Assembly: GCF_009914755.1 (NCBI RefSeq) | Contig: NC_060946.1 | Origin: the human T2T-CHM13v2.0 reference genome, Homo sapiens | DNA length: 64,000 bases | Direction: 5' to 3' (one strand) | Part shown: positions 14,369 to 29,824 of the stretch, piece by piece | Layout of the letters: every line of letters begins with the position of its first letter | Numbering within the stretch: the first letter of the stretch is position 1 | The notes under the pieces: model-generated | Databases searched by the model: none | What the model saw: only the letters and a program-made list of their open reading frames with translations | What the model was told of the DNA's origin: nothing | Program-made: the position numbers and the translations under genes

Positions 14369-15465
14369 CGACCTCCCGACATTCCCCACTCATGTCACCT
14401 AATGTAATGAGTTTGTTGTAGGATTATCATTCTCCATCTGTGTTCCAGCACCCTGCTCTGCACAGAGGAGGGGCTCAAGCAGTGTGGTCTGAATGAGTGA
14501 GTGCGTGAGAACTGGAATGTCTGATGACGTGTCACTCCACTTTACAGATGAGCAAAGCAAGGCCCAAGAGAGAGAAATGACGAGGCCAAGTGCCCAGCAT
14601 GTCTGGAGCAGAGCTGAAACCCTAGAATGCTACCTTTGAACCCTGCTCAGTGCTCATTCCTCTGCAGCCACAAAAACCCACCAGAGATATTTTTGGCCCA
14701 ATCACTGCCCACCTGGACAGGTATGGGTTTCCTATTCCTGTGCCAACTTCAAAAATGTGAAAATCCACAAAACCAACAGCTCACCATGATAGCTGACGCG
14801 GGTTGCCCAGTCCCAAGCCCTGGTCCCAGCCCACCAGAGTTGGCCTTGAGCTCTGCAGGCCTTGCCGATGGAGGGCACCCTGCCCAGGCCTGCGTCAAGT
14901 GCCCCAGGTGGGTGCTACCTGTTCATCGCTGCCAAGCCTCCCAATACTCCTTCAAGGATGGGCTGTTTGTGACCATTTGACAAGTAAAGCAACTAAGGTT
15001 CCAAGAGCAGAAGGCACAGAGCCTCACCTTAAAACCAGTCGTCCTCACCTCTGAAGGGTGATCACTGGGGCTGGTCCTGTTCTGAGACTGTAGCACATGG
15101 GGAGTGATGTGTCTGCCACATAATGCCTAACACCCCACCACTAGTCTCGCTCAGATGGAAAAAGCAATGTATTACTGAAAGCCTCTTTTAAAAAGCAGCA
15201 AGGGAGTCTAGTACAGTGGAAAGGGCAATGGGTTGGGAATGAAAAGATGTGAATTCTAGTTGCGGTTGTGCTATCAACTCACTTTACAGCCTTGGATGAG
15301 TCTATCCAACCCCCTCTCCAGACCAGTTTTCCAGGAGTATGGATGGGGGAGGGGTGGGGGAAGAATGCTTGGCCAGAGCATTGTTTCCCATAGCGTGGGG
15401 TGTGTGCCCTGAGAGATTAATTTAGGGGGATACATGGACTCAACATTAACAATTACATAATGAAT

Positions 15466-15986
<521 letters not shown>

Positions 15987-16497
15987 TTAAGGTCACCGTC
16001 TTTTCAGGGCAAGTGGAACGTGCTTTTCATTTACTCTAGCAGTATAAAGTGTCCTTTTTAAATACGCTCATTTAAGCTGAAAGAATGAGTTGGTTTCATG
16101 AAAAGTACCGAATCAATATGAGCATCGGTAGAAGTGAAATTAGGAAAAATGGCAAAGTGGAAAGTGGATGATGGGCTGGAGGGGCTCTTTTGGGGCAGCT
16201 GGGGGCTCCCAGGTTCACAGCCCAATCAACATAAAGAGCAGCCCCTCACTTCACAGTTCGCAAAAGCCTTTTCCAAGCACAGTCTCAGTCAATGCATCCT
16301 GTGCCCGGCAACCCTGTTTTCCAGGGCCTCACCCACAGCCACAGCCACGTCTTGTAAGCATCCCAGCTGCCAATCACAGGCTATTGCAGGCACTTTATAG
16401 ACATCGCTGAACCGCGCCCTACACCTGGCTTGAGTGGAAGGCACAACTCGAACCCCACATGCTAGAAGAGGAAACTGAGGCTCCAAGAGTCACGTGG

Positions 16498-16945
16498 CAG
16501 TTTTTTTCCTGCAGCAGTTGTAACAAATTCGCACAAACTCAGTGGCTGACAACAACAAAAATGCATTCCCTCACAGTTCTAGAAAATGGAAGTCTGAAAT
16601 CAAGGTATCAGCAGGGCCATGCTCCCTCCAAAGCCTCTCAGCAGGATCCTTCCTCATCTCTTCCAGCTTCCGGTGGCCCCCAGCATTCCTTGGCTGGTGG
16701 CTGCATCCCTCCAGTCTCTGCCTCCATCCCCACACGGCCTTCTCTTCTGCGGCCTCCCTCTCCTTCTCCTTCTCCAAGAACACCTGTCATTGGACTTCAG
16801 GCCCTCCCTAATCCCGGTTGATACCATCTCAAGATCCTTTATTTATTTACATCTGCAAAGACGTTTTTTCCAAACAGTGACATTCACAGTTTCTGGGGGA
16901 CATTTTCTGGGAGATTGGGTTGGGGTCACCATTTAACCCACGACA
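16498..16945 (-). mobile_element. MLT1C-like MaLR LTR
   Basis: gtaacaaat...ctcacagttct...aagtctgaaatcaaggtatcagcagggccatgctccctcc. Confidence 0.8.
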
Positions 16946-17691
16946 AGCAGTATCAGGATTGATGCTTAGAACAGAGCCTGGTTTCCTTCACTGGACACAC
17001 AGGCGCACACTGGAGCCCACCTCCCCTGCCCGTACCACCATGGGGGGTGCCCACTCTGCCTCCTCAGACCCAGAAACCCAGGGGACCCGGTGAAACAGCA
17101 GGCACCTGGTGTGGCAGGGACCAGGCCTCGCACCATCTCATGCTCCCATTTAATTAGGACAGAAGACTGAACTCTGCTCAATGATACCAGCATCATCCCA
17201 CTCACCTGCCTGGGGACCCATCTCTTTGAGGAAATTTATAGCCATAATTTAGTAGGTGAATTATGGCCGCTGGCACCTGAGCCATGAGAATTGCCCGGGC
17301 ACATTAAACCCACCCGCTAACACCCCTTGATGCTGGAACCACCCTCACAGCGCCTGTAAAACAGGGAATGGCAGAGAATGGGGACACTCCTGGGAGCCGC
17401 AGGGCCCCCAGGACCACAGCAGCCTCCTGAGCTGGGGGCAGAGAACTGGGTTTTCCTCCAAGCGCTGCCTCACTGGGTGAGCTGTGATGGGTCCTAGGCC
17501 CTTTCTGGGTGCCAGTGGCCTGGCAATGCCATGTGTGGTGTGCAGGCCAGCAGCATCCAGGAGATGGTTAGAACTGCAGAAACTCAGCAACCCACACTGA
17601 ATCCAGACCTGCACGTTACCAGGCCCCCGCTCCAGGGGCGTGTGGCCAGAGTGACGCTTGGGAAGCGCTGGCAGGAGCACAGGATGGAGTA

Positions 17692-18056
17692 TGCCTTGGT
17701 CTATGGGAGGTGCTGGAACAAAACACCACAGAGTGAGTGGCTTATGAGCCACAGGAATTCACTGCTCACAGTTCTGGAGGCTGGAAATCCAAAATCAAGG
17801 CACCTGGGCAGGTTGAGAGTCAGGTGAGGGCCCACTTCCGGGTTCCTAGACTGACTTCTCACTGTGTCCTCACCTGGTGGAACAGGCAAGGAAGCCCTCT
17901 GGGGCTGCTTTTATAAGGGCACTAGTTCCATTCACAAGGGATCGACCCTCATGACCTAATCACCTCCCAAAGGACCCACCTCCTAACACCATCACCTTGG
18001 GTGTTAAGATTTCAACGTACAAATTCTAGGGTGATACAAACATTCCAACCACAGCA
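17692..18056 (-). mobile_element. MLT1A-type MaLR LTR
   Basis: ctcacagttctggaggctgg...atgacctaatcacctcccaaagg...caaacattccaaccacagca. Confidence 0.85.
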
Positions 18057-18601
18057 GGGCACAAGCCATGCAAGCCTGGCACACTGTGAATCCAGCCCCC
18101 GACATGGACCATGCACGCGCCCACAGTCCCTGCCACCCCTCAGAGACACCACACATGGTGCACACACACCTCACTTCACACATTCATGGAAACACATGCT
18201 CCAAGACACAACACACCCTCATATATGCACCTATGCACAATCTGTGCCCATTCCCAAATGTGTCACTGATGGTAGGATTGCAGGCAGCTGAGAAAGACAG
18301 CTTGAGGTTCTCATACACGTTTGTCCATTCAGCATATTTACTAGCCAGTGACTGGTAGCCAGGCATGCACCAGGTGTCTGCGTGTGAAGTTGAAGAAGGA
18401 GGAGTCCCTGGCCCTCAGCTCAAGGTCACGATGTGGTCTGACTGATGCAATAACAGGTGGATATGCACAGTAATGGGAGAGGGAAGGGGAGGAGATCGAC
18501 CAGCCCTTAGGGAGAAGGTGGACCAGAGAGTCTTCCCAGACAAAAAGACCTGGGCTGGATCCCAGCAAATAAGTATGAACGTTCTTGGCAGGCAAAGTAA
18601 G

Positions 18602-18977
18602 TGTATTCATCTGTTTTCACACTGCTGTAAAGAACTTCCTGAGACTGGGTAATTTATAAAGGAAAGAAGTTTAATCGACTCACAGTTCAGCATGCCTGGG
18701 GAGGCCTCAGGAAACTTAGAATCATGGCAGAAGGCCAAGGGGAAGCAAGGCACCTTCTTCACAAAGCATCAGGAAGAAGTGTTGAGCGAAGTGGGAAGAG
18801 CCCGTTATAAAACCATCAGATCTCGTGAGAACTCACTCACCATCACGAGAACAGCCCAGGGGAAACTGTCGCCACGATTCAACTACCCCCACCTGGTCTC
18901 TCCCTTGACATGTGGGTATTATGGGGATTACAATTCGAGATGAGATTTGGGTAGGGACACAGAGCCTAACCATATCA
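18602..18977 (-). mobile_element. THE1 (C/D) MaLR solo LTR
   Basis: tgtatt...ccatatca termini; perfect 5-bp TSD gtaag at 18597-18601 and 18978-18982. Confidence 0.92.
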
Positions 18978-19079
18978 GTAAGAAAGGACATTTTCAGTAG
19001 AGAGAACAGAAGCAGCAAAATCCTAGAGGCATAAATAGGTGGCTCAGGGCAGGCGAAGGTACGGAATGCATGCCATGCC

Positions 19080-19570
19080 TGATACCAAGTTTCCTAAATT
19101 GGACTCAAGTCCTCTAGTCCTCTCCACTCCCCTCCTGGCACCCCAATCAGGCCACCCTCACCTCTTCTTCGCACCAGAACAACAGCATTCTTGCAGGGCT
19201 CCTTGCTCGACTTAAGTCTTACTCCTTCCAGACCCACTCACCTCCCTCTACAGCCACAGGGACCTTCCTACCATGCAAATCTGATCATATCGCCCTCTTG
19301 ATAAGCCCTGCCTTGGCTCCCTGGTGCCCTAAGACTAAAGACTAAAGTTTCCAGGTAGGTCTTTCAGGTTCTGTCCAACTTTCATATCAAGTTGCATCTG
19401 CAATGCTGTTTTAATCTCACTCAGCTCCCTCACACTGCCTTACCTTTACATGCGCCATTTCTTCTGCCTGAAGGTCCCTTTCCCAACCCCCTTCTCCACC
19501 TGTCAAACTCCTACTCACCCTGCAAAACCCACGCTGCCAAAGGTCTTTTCATCCAAGATGCCTTCCATGA
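19080..19570 (+). mobile_element. L2 fragment
   Basis: acagccacagggaccttcctaccatgcaaatctgatcat...aactcctactcaccc L2 landmarks. Confidence 0.6.
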
Positions 19571-20925
19571 GAGATGCTTGGAAAGGAGAAATAATTAAGC
19601 GCTGGGGTCAGGTCTTCAGTGGTTTCTCAGAAATTCGGGCTCTGGGATGAGACAGAAGCCGGAATATGAAGGAGTTTTAAGGTTCAAACACATCCACAAG
19701 GCAACCCCAAAACAATTTTCGGAGGCTTTTTTCTCTTTCTTTCTTTTTTAAATTAGATTTTCATATTTCAGAGATTAAGAAGCTCAAAACATTTTCCGTG
19801 ATAATCTTTCTTAGTGCCTCAGGACAGCCAAACTGGTTTTACTTTTATTCCCTCAGACCTGAGCTTTTTGAGCACTTAGGACAAATGAAGCCCTATTTCA
19901 CAAAGAAGGAAAACGCACAAAACCCACCCCCTCAAGGCCTGCACTAGATTGAGGCCATGAGGAAATAACAACAACAATAATGATAACAATAGCTGTCAGG
20001 GCTCTGGGAAGGGGTATTATAGACAAGGTCTCTGACCACAAAAGAGGCTGCACAAATCCACATAAAACAACCTCAAACCAGCGAGGCTGTAGGCCATGAG
20101 CTGAACCGGGGTGTGAGGATATTCCAGAGGCTGTCAGAGGGCCGTGTGGCAATCCAGGAGGGCTTTATGGAGGAGGGAAGTTTCTCCTCCCACAGCCTCA
20201 GTGACCTAAATTCCCCCTAACGAAGGGACAGGCCACTGGGGCCTGGCCTGGGTGTGCTGGTCCCCTACAGCTATTTCAGGCACCCCGTGCTCCATCAAGG
20301 CAAAGATACACTCCTAAGTGACTTTTCAAATTAGATTGTTTGGAATTCCTAGCCAGTGCAATTAATGGATCCCAAACACTGTTAATTATGTTTTCTGTGG
20401 TCAGTGTACACAGAGGCTGATCGATTCTCCCTGAACAGCCTATTACGGAGGCACTGCAGATCAAGCCCGCCTGGAGAGGTAAGGAGACCAAGCCTGGCGC
20501 CGGGGTTGGGGGCTTTAGAGACTTTTCACCAAGCAAGGCTCCATGCGAACCCACCTGCCTGCCTTCGGAGTGTGGCACCAGCACACTCAAGCCAGATGGA
20601 GTTGCATGTTCACACCCAGAGAGCAGAAGACCCTGAGACCTTTTCACTTGGGAGGGAGCAAATGAGCCTGATTTCTAAGTGTGCTACTGTGTGTGCATGT
20701 GAGGTGTCTTTGTGCCAGGTGTGTGCACGTGTATATGTGCAGAAGAGGTGGCTGCAGGTGCTTGTATGTGAGTGTGTGCGGGGGCATGACTGGAAGGATG
20801 TATGATTGAAGAGATGAGTGCGCACCTTTGTGTCTGAAAGCTACATGTTATTGAAACTGTGGGCATGTTTGAGTCCAATCAATCTGCTATAACAAAATAC
20901 TGTAGACTGGATGGCTTGCAAATAA

Positions 20926-21398
<473 letters not shown>

Positions 21399-21407
21399 TA
21401 GAGCCTC

Positions 21408-22117
<710 letters not shown>

Positions 22118-22599
22118 AGCACTGATGCCATACATGACATGAGGGCTCCATACCCATGACCAAATCACCGCCCAATGTCCCCCCCTCCTAATACCAATAC
22201 CTTGGGGGTTAGGTTTCAACATATGAATTTTGGGGCAACACAAACTTTCAGCCTCTAGCAGGGTAGATGTAGGTGTTAACCAAGTTAAGTGTGGGAAAGT
22301 GTGCAAAATTAAAGTGTGCCTGTGATTGTGTGGAGCAGTGACAAAGAGGGTGTGTAGAGCAGTGACAAAGAGGGTGTGTGGATCAGAGCTGCTCTGAAAA
22401 AGTGTGTTCATGAGTGAGGGATGGGTATGAGTTAAGTGCAAGTACATACATGTGTCACCAAGGGTATGCACAGTGAACAAACAGTATGTGGCTGAAAATG
22501 TGTGTGTGACTAGCAGAGGTGTGACTGCCAGTGAGTGTTTTAGTGAAGGGGTTCCCATGGGAAGAAACGTGGGTGCATTAGTGGCCTGTAGTATTCATA

Positions 22600-22946
22600 G
22601 GCATAGATAGTCTTTGCCCCTCCATGCAGAAGGATCGCTCTGTCTTGACATCCAACATGGCCACGGGACTTGCTCAGGCCAATAAAATGTGAAAATGCCA
22701 TGTGTCACTTTCAGGTGGAGTTTCAAGAGTCCCTTCCTGGTTCACCGTCTCCTTTGCTCTTCCACAACCACAAGAAGAGAGAGGCTGCATATCAGTGTGC
22801 TGGGAGGAAAGATGAGGTGAAAGAAAGCCCTCACCCAGCCACGATGGATAGAGCGTGAGCAGGAAACAAGCCCCTACTGCTGTGTGGTGCTAAGGTTTGG
22901 GGCTGCTTGTTACTACAGCCAAATCCAGCCCAGGCTGACTGATACA
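22600..22946 (+). mobile_element. MLT1 (H/I/J-like) LTR
   Basis: ggccaataaaatgtg...tgtgtcacttt...gttactacagc...ctgactgataca. Confidence 0.65.
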
Positions 22947-23329
22947 GGGACTGGGTGTGAATGACGGGAAGTGGGAGTGGGTAGAGCAGGGGGAGTAAGA
23001 TAGCATAGGTGTGAGTGAAACCTCTACTGCTGATCAGTGCTGTGTTGGGGGATGTTTGCTACTATGGCATAACCCATCCTGCACTGACTGATAGAGGGAC
23101 TATGTGGACTGGTGAGTAAGGGAATGTAAGAAGATGAATTTGTGAGTGAGACTGTGCATGTGACTATGTTGAGTTGTCTGTGAGGTTGTGAGTGGGGGTG
23201 TGAGGGAGGTCTGAAGGAGGTATTAAGAGTGTAAGGGGCACCTTCCCCCGCCTTGCACCTTCTCCGTATCTGGGGCCCCAGGCAGGGGTTGTACAGAGTA
23301 TCATCCCACTGCCCACACCGGATACCAGT

Positions 23330-24003
23330 GGCATCTGCACTCCTTCCTCTTTACCATCGAAATTTCTCTCAAATCTCTCAGCTTCTCCTCCCCATCATGC
23401 CACCTGCTAACCTGACCTAGTCTCCCTACTGCTGGCCCCTGTCATGTCCATCTGGAGGGCACAGCTGCCCCCTCTAACTGCACCCACACTCCCAGGCCTT
23501 TCTCTGCACAGCAACCAGAAGTCTCTTTCTAAACCCAAGTCTGCGTCTGCCTTTCCCTTCTTTAAAACCCTCCATGGCTCCCATGGCCCCATCGCCCTCC
23601 TCCCCACAGCTGAGTCCTGACTCACCCTGTCTCTCTCAGGCTGCTGCCACACTGACCTCCATTCAACCTGTCAGAGCCCATGCTTCCTCTCCCCGAAGAC
23701 CCTTCACACATGCTGTTCCCTCCCAGCCTAGAATGCTTGTCCCTTCTGCTCTTTACCTAGTTCATATCTCAGCTGCCACTTCCTCCAGGAAGCCCTTCCT
23801 GGTATACACTCTCATCACTCTATATGTCTCCCTCTTGAAGCACTGTGTGCTTACTCTGTGAGCTCCCTGTTGGGGAATGGGGAGTGGGGACTGGGTAGGG
23901 CGAGGACCTGCTCTTGTTCACCACTGTGTCCCTAATACTGGCATTGTAACCGGCACACAGTAGGCACACAATAAATGCTTGCGAATGAGCAAATGAGTGA
24001 GTA
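23330..24003 (+). mobile_element. L2 3' region
   Basis: Ends cacagtaggcacacaataaatgcttgcgaatgag; internal L2 motifs. Confidence 0.7.
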
Positions 24004-24556
24004 TGCATGTGTGCATGTGTGTTTGTGGGTGTGATGTGTATGTGGGTGTGCCCCTGCGGTGACAGCTGCTAGAACCCAGTCTGGCCCATCCTCTTTCTTC
24101 CCTGCCTCTCCCTCCCCCAACAAGAACCTCAGAGGATGGGGCAGCCTCCCCATCTTTTCTGCACATCTCAGGGGCAAGCAGGGGCAACCTAATGGGAGAG
24201 AGGGGCTGCAGGACTCAGGCAAGGAAGGGAAGGTCTGGCTGCAACCAGCAAGGCAGGCTTGGAGGGGATGGCACGACCCTAACTAGACCTAGAGAGACAG
24301 GGAAGATTGGAACACAGGTCACTGGGGACTGAGACTGGTGGGGGTGGAAAGGGCTGTCCAGGTGGAGGGTAGAGCAATGAGCAAGGGAGGCCAGAAACTG
24401 ACTTCTTTAAGTTTAAGCTCCATCAATGCAGGGATCACATCTGTCGTATTCACCACTGTAATCTCCAAAGTATAGTACCTGGCACATAATTAGTGCTCAA
24501 TAAATATGGGGGAGAGAAAAGAAGGACAGTTTATTGCTCCCTAGGGCTTTTGGGGT

Positions 24557-24680
24557 GTTTTTTAGAGATGGGGTCTCACTATGTTGCCCAGGCTGGTCTC
24601 AAACTCTTAGCTTCAAGCAACCCTCCCACTTCAGCCCTCCAAAGTGCTGGGATTACAGGCAGGAGCCACCGTGCCTGGCC
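24557..24680 (-). mobile_element. FLAM_C / free left Alu monomer
   Basis: Single monomer; TSD tccc(t/c)agggctttt on both sides. Confidence 0.88.
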
Positions 24681-24827
24681 TCCCCAGGGCTTTTATAAGT
24701 CAGTCCTGGAGTCCTGAGCTCCAATCAAGGTTCTGCCACATATCAGCCTTGTGAGTCTGGGCAGCCCATTTGCCTTTTTGTAACTCTGTGTCCTCATTAG
24801 TAACATAAAAGTGAGATTTGCAGGCCC

Positions 24828-25570
<743 letters not shown>

Positions 25571-25571
25571 C

Positions 25572-25573
<2 letters not shown>

Positions 25574-25623
<50 letters not shown>
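25574..25623. repeat. (TG)25 microsatellite
   Basis: Direct count. Confidence 0.97.
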
Positions 25624-25624
<1 letters not shown>

Positions 25625-26176
25625 CTGGCACGTAAGTAAAGGCTATACAAATGGTAGCTATAATTAGCAGAATAGGATATGGCACACAATAGGTACTTGG
25701 TGGTGTTAGTGCCTGCCTTCTTTCATTCCCCTGCCCCTGGAAACATTGTAGCCTTACTGCCATCCCTTTTTCTGTCCATTATAGATGCTTCCAGAAGGAT
25801 TGTGGGGCACGTTCAGGGCATGGGAAAAATGTGTTAATGGTAGAATGTCTGTCAGAGCATTTTCCTATCAAGCTGTTCTTCTTCCCCACAGAAGATGCTT
25901 AAGGAATAAGACAGATGCCAAAAATAATGAGGCCAAGAGCTGTCGTGGTCCTTGCCTAGCAAATTCACAGCTTCAAGCCATTCAGGCCCTGGGGCAGCCA
26001 TAGAGAGGGAAGGAGTAGAGAGCCCTCGGGGGTCTTCGGGGGCTGGGCACCTCTCTGCATTAGGCTAACAGTGGGGCCTGGGGTTTCAGAGCTGAGGGCA
26101 AGTTCCCATCGGCAAGGCTGTGAGAGCATTTAGTGAATGCCTACTGGATGCTAGGCCTGTGCACTAGTGAATAATA

Positions 26177-26304
26177 ATAAATGAGGAAGCTAGATCAGAG
26201 GGAGAAGACCTACACTTAGTAGGTGGTTTTTAACTGCTTATTGGTTGAATGAGTGGACCTTCAGAGATCCGATCCATGGATAGCCTTCACGCCCCAAATG
26301 GCCA
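26177..26304 (+). repeat. 128-bp dispersed direct repeat, copy 1
   Basis: Ungapped match to 27626-27753 with 12 mismatches. Confidence 0.95.
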
Positions 26305-26957
26305 GGTCAGTATGGGCAGGGGAGGCACTAACCTGGCTGAACATGGGGAGGGAGCAGAGAAGGCTCATGAACTGAGTTGAGCCTTAAAGAATGAGGTCTT
26401 AGCAACGAGAAATCCTGTGTGAAGGGGTGGAGAGAAATTCCTGGGAGGAGCAAAGGAGCAACATGCCTCCAGAATACACAGGGAAGAGGGGAGGCTCCAA
26501 GCGCAGCAGGGACCTTACAGATCATGCTAAAGAGCTCAGGCTTTGGAGTGGAGCATGGGGGAGCTATGGGAGGGCTTTGAGCAAGGGAGTGGCCTGATTT
26601 AGATTTGGGCTTAAGAAAAACCTCTCTAGCCACTATCAGATAGCTTAGAAGGAGAAATCCCGGAGGATGTTAGCATCAATCAGGTGAGTGATACTGGGGG
26701 CTGAGACTGATGCCAGAGATTTCAGAAGCAAAATCAAAAAGCTTGGCAGCTTTTGGAGTCAGATGGAAGGCAGCGTGGAGAAGGGGGCCCAGGGAAAGAA
26801 ATAGGAAGCTCAAGTTCAAGGCCTGGCCTTCTGGGGCTGGGGTGCAGTTTCCTCTTCGGAAAATGGGACTTCATAATGTCTGCCCTGCTAAACTCAGAGA
26901 GTTGGCATGAAAAGCAAGTGATAGGATGACTGGGAAAATGCCTTGAATTGTATACAG

Positions 26958-27136
26958 CAGGGTCGGCAAAGGTTCCCTGTAAAGAGCCAGACAGTAACTA
27001 CTTTAGGCTTTGTGAGCCATAAGTTCTCTGTCCCTCCTACCACTCAACTCTGCACCACAGACCATACATAAACACGTGGGTGTGGCCGTATTCCAATCAA
27101 ACTTTATTAGCCCGGGGGTTGTGGTTTGCCAACCCG
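26958..27136 (+). mobile_element. MER58A hAT-Charlie DNA transposon
   Basis: cagggtcggcaaa start, ccaatcaaactttatt, tttgccaaccc end. Confidence 0.85.
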
Positions 27137-27261
27137 ATTTAAGGCGATACGCAAATACCACCACTTTCTTCTGAGCACTCCTGATATCTCTTCTCTCTTG
27201 GCCCTGATTTCTTCCTATTTGTTCTGTCTCCAAAGATCACAGCCCAGAGAAAAAGAAAGTA

Positions 27262-27601
27262 CACTTGGCCCTCCATATATGTGGGTTCCACATCCATGGA
27301 CTCAACAAACCAGAGTGAAAATATTTGGAAAAAATAAAATGGATGGTTGTGCCTGTACTGAACATGACTTTTTTCCTTGTCATTATTCCCTAAACAATAC
27401 AGTATAACAACTCTTCACATAGCATTTACATTGTATTGGTATTATAACTAGTTTAGAAATGATTTAAAGTATGTGGGAGGATATGCGTAGGTTATATGCA
27501 GATAATACTCCCTTTGTATATAAAGGACTTGAGCATCTGTGGATTTTCATACCCATGTGGTATCCTGGCACAAATTCCCCCTGGATGCTGAGGGATGACT
27601 C
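27262..27601 (+). mobile_element. Tigger3a/MER7A-like TcMar DNA transposon
   Basis: ~340 bp with degenerate terminal inverted repeats, flanked by TA on both sides. Confidence 0.8.
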
Positions 27602-27625
27602 TACTTCTCCCTAGGTACTCATTGT

Positions 27626-27753
27626 ATAAATGAGGAAACTAGATGAGAGTGAGAAGACCTACACTTAGTAGGTGGTTTTTAACTACTTATTGGTTGAATG
27701 AATGTACCTTAGGAGATCCAATCCATGAATAGCATTCATGCCCCAAATGGCCA
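27626..27753 (+). repeat. 128-bp dispersed direct repeat, copy 2
   Basis: Ungapped match to 26177-26304. Confidence 0.95.
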
Positions 27754-28819
27754 ATCTTATATTCGTGGCAGACATCACAAATCAATCCCAGCATGCTTCT
27801 CCGTGGAGCATTGATTCGGCTTCTAAATTCTCAAGTCAACGTTCCAAGTAGTCACCTTCTATTGAGATCAGCACATAAGAAGAAATGCAAACTAGTTCAA
27901 CCCTTCTATTTTGTAGATGAGGAAATGGAGGCAAAATAAGGTGTCATGGGGGGTCTGGGTGGACCAGCTGGTGCCCTCTGGCTGCCTGTTTCATCCAGCC
28001 TGTCCAGAAGCTCCAGAGAAGCCCTCGTCCAGCTGGGCAGGCAGGGGGTGCCAGAGAGAAGCACAGCTGGGCAGCTGGCATGGGCTCATCCCAGCGCCTC
28101 CCTGCCCAGCCACACTGCGATCGGCTCTGGCGGTGTCCCTTCTGTCCCCCACCCGCCTGCTCCCCACAGCTGCTCTTTTGAAAGCCCTGCATGGGAAGCT
28201 GTTGATGCGTCTCTCTGTTCCCTTTTCAGACCATTGTCCCCTCGCTGGCGCCAGCCGTGTTCTTCTCTTGGCTGCTTAATTAACAGTATTATTAAAGCCT
28301 AGAGGAAAGAGTCACCCAGATCCTCCCTCAAAGCCACTCATGCTTGGGAAGAGGAGCTGCAGGCAGACAGGAAGCAGGGGCTGGTGCCAGGAGATGCCCC
28401 CTCCCCGCCTCCAGGGCCCTTCACTTGCCAATGCCCAGTCGAACCACTTTTCCCCACCTTCCTGGGGCAGCCATTGAGGGCCTGGGAGGGAAGAGGCAGG
28501 GAGGAGGTGACTTGCAGCAAGCTTGTCTGGAAATACCCAGATCTGGTTGATAAACCCTGCTCTCAGCAATGGGTGCCAGTCTTCGGGGAGAGGAGCTAGT
28601 CCCCCAGCCCTGGGATCAGCTCAGAACTCAACAGTCACATCCTCACTACCTCCATGCAGAGAAGAAGCAGAAGCAGTAGCGGGAAAACATGTCCAGTAGC
28701 TGTGTGACCTTGGGCCAAACCATCGCTGTCTCTGTGCTCAATTTCTCCTGTGTAAAAAGTGCTTCTAATGCACCTAGTCCGGTGCTAAGCACTTCATGTG
28801 CATTATCTTACCTATTCCT

Positions 28820-29370
28820 TGTTCCAGTAATCTACTGCTGTATTACAGATTACCCCAAAACATGGTGCCTTAAAGCAACAACAATCATAATCTGTAATTT
28901 ATGCAGGGTGCAGCGGGATAGCTCATCTCAGCTCCACATGGCATCAGCTGAGACAACTTAACTGTGGGGCAGAGAACCCACCTCCAAAATAGCTCACTCA
29001 CATGACTGGCAAATTGGTTTTAGCTGTTAGCTGGGAGCTCAGCAGGAGCTATCCACTGGGGGCATGGGGGTGGGTCTCCATTCCTCTCCATGGGCTTCTT
29101 GGGCTTCCTCACAACATGGCAGCCAGGTTCTGGGAAGGAGTAACTTAGGAGAACCAGGCACAAGTGCATGGCATTGTCATGACCTAACCTCAGAAGTCAT
29201 AGCATCACCTCCATGCTACTCTGCTGATTGAGGCAATTCAAATGCCCACCCAAGTTCAAGGAGAGGGAACTTCCACTCAACTTCTTGATGAGAAAATGGT
29301 GAGATTCTACAAGGGCATAAGGAATGAGAGATGTGGTTATGACCATCTTTGAAAAACACAATCTGCCACA
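28820..29370 (-). mobile_element. MLT1F/G-like MaLR LTR
   Basis: attaccccaaaac...gctcactcacatgactggcaa...cttcctcacaacatggcagcc...aatctgccaca. Confidence 0.75.
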
Positions 29371-29824
29371 TTCTTCAAAACAACTGGAAGGTCAGTGCAA
29401 TTATTATTTCCATTTTACAGATTAGGAAACTAAGAATTTAAGTCATTCAGAGAACTTAAGTAATTTACCCAAAGCCACACAGCTTTGTGGCTGAGCAGGG
29501 TTGTGAACATATGCAGCCTGACTTCAAAACATAGGGTTTTTCAAACTTTTTTTTTTTAGCTGCAAAACATATCCTCCTAATAAAATCTTCTGGGAGAGAT
29601 TTGTGAAAGGAGGTCAAAACAGAGTCAGTGGGGACTTGAACCCTGCCATTGCCTCCAGGATCCTCTCAGGAACTCAAGTTTCCAAAAAAGTTTGAAAATC
29701 CCAAGGTACGCTGTTCTCCAAGTCAACAGGCAACAAGGAAAAATCCCCTCCATTGTCTGGCTGGTCTACCTGGTCTAGACTCTGCTCCTGTCATCTTATT
29801 TTATGGGCTTCCTGGATTGCTGTC

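Noticed and set aside
22333-22380. 24-bp tandem duplication in TG-rich DNA
   Set aside because: Ordinary slippage in low-complexity sequence
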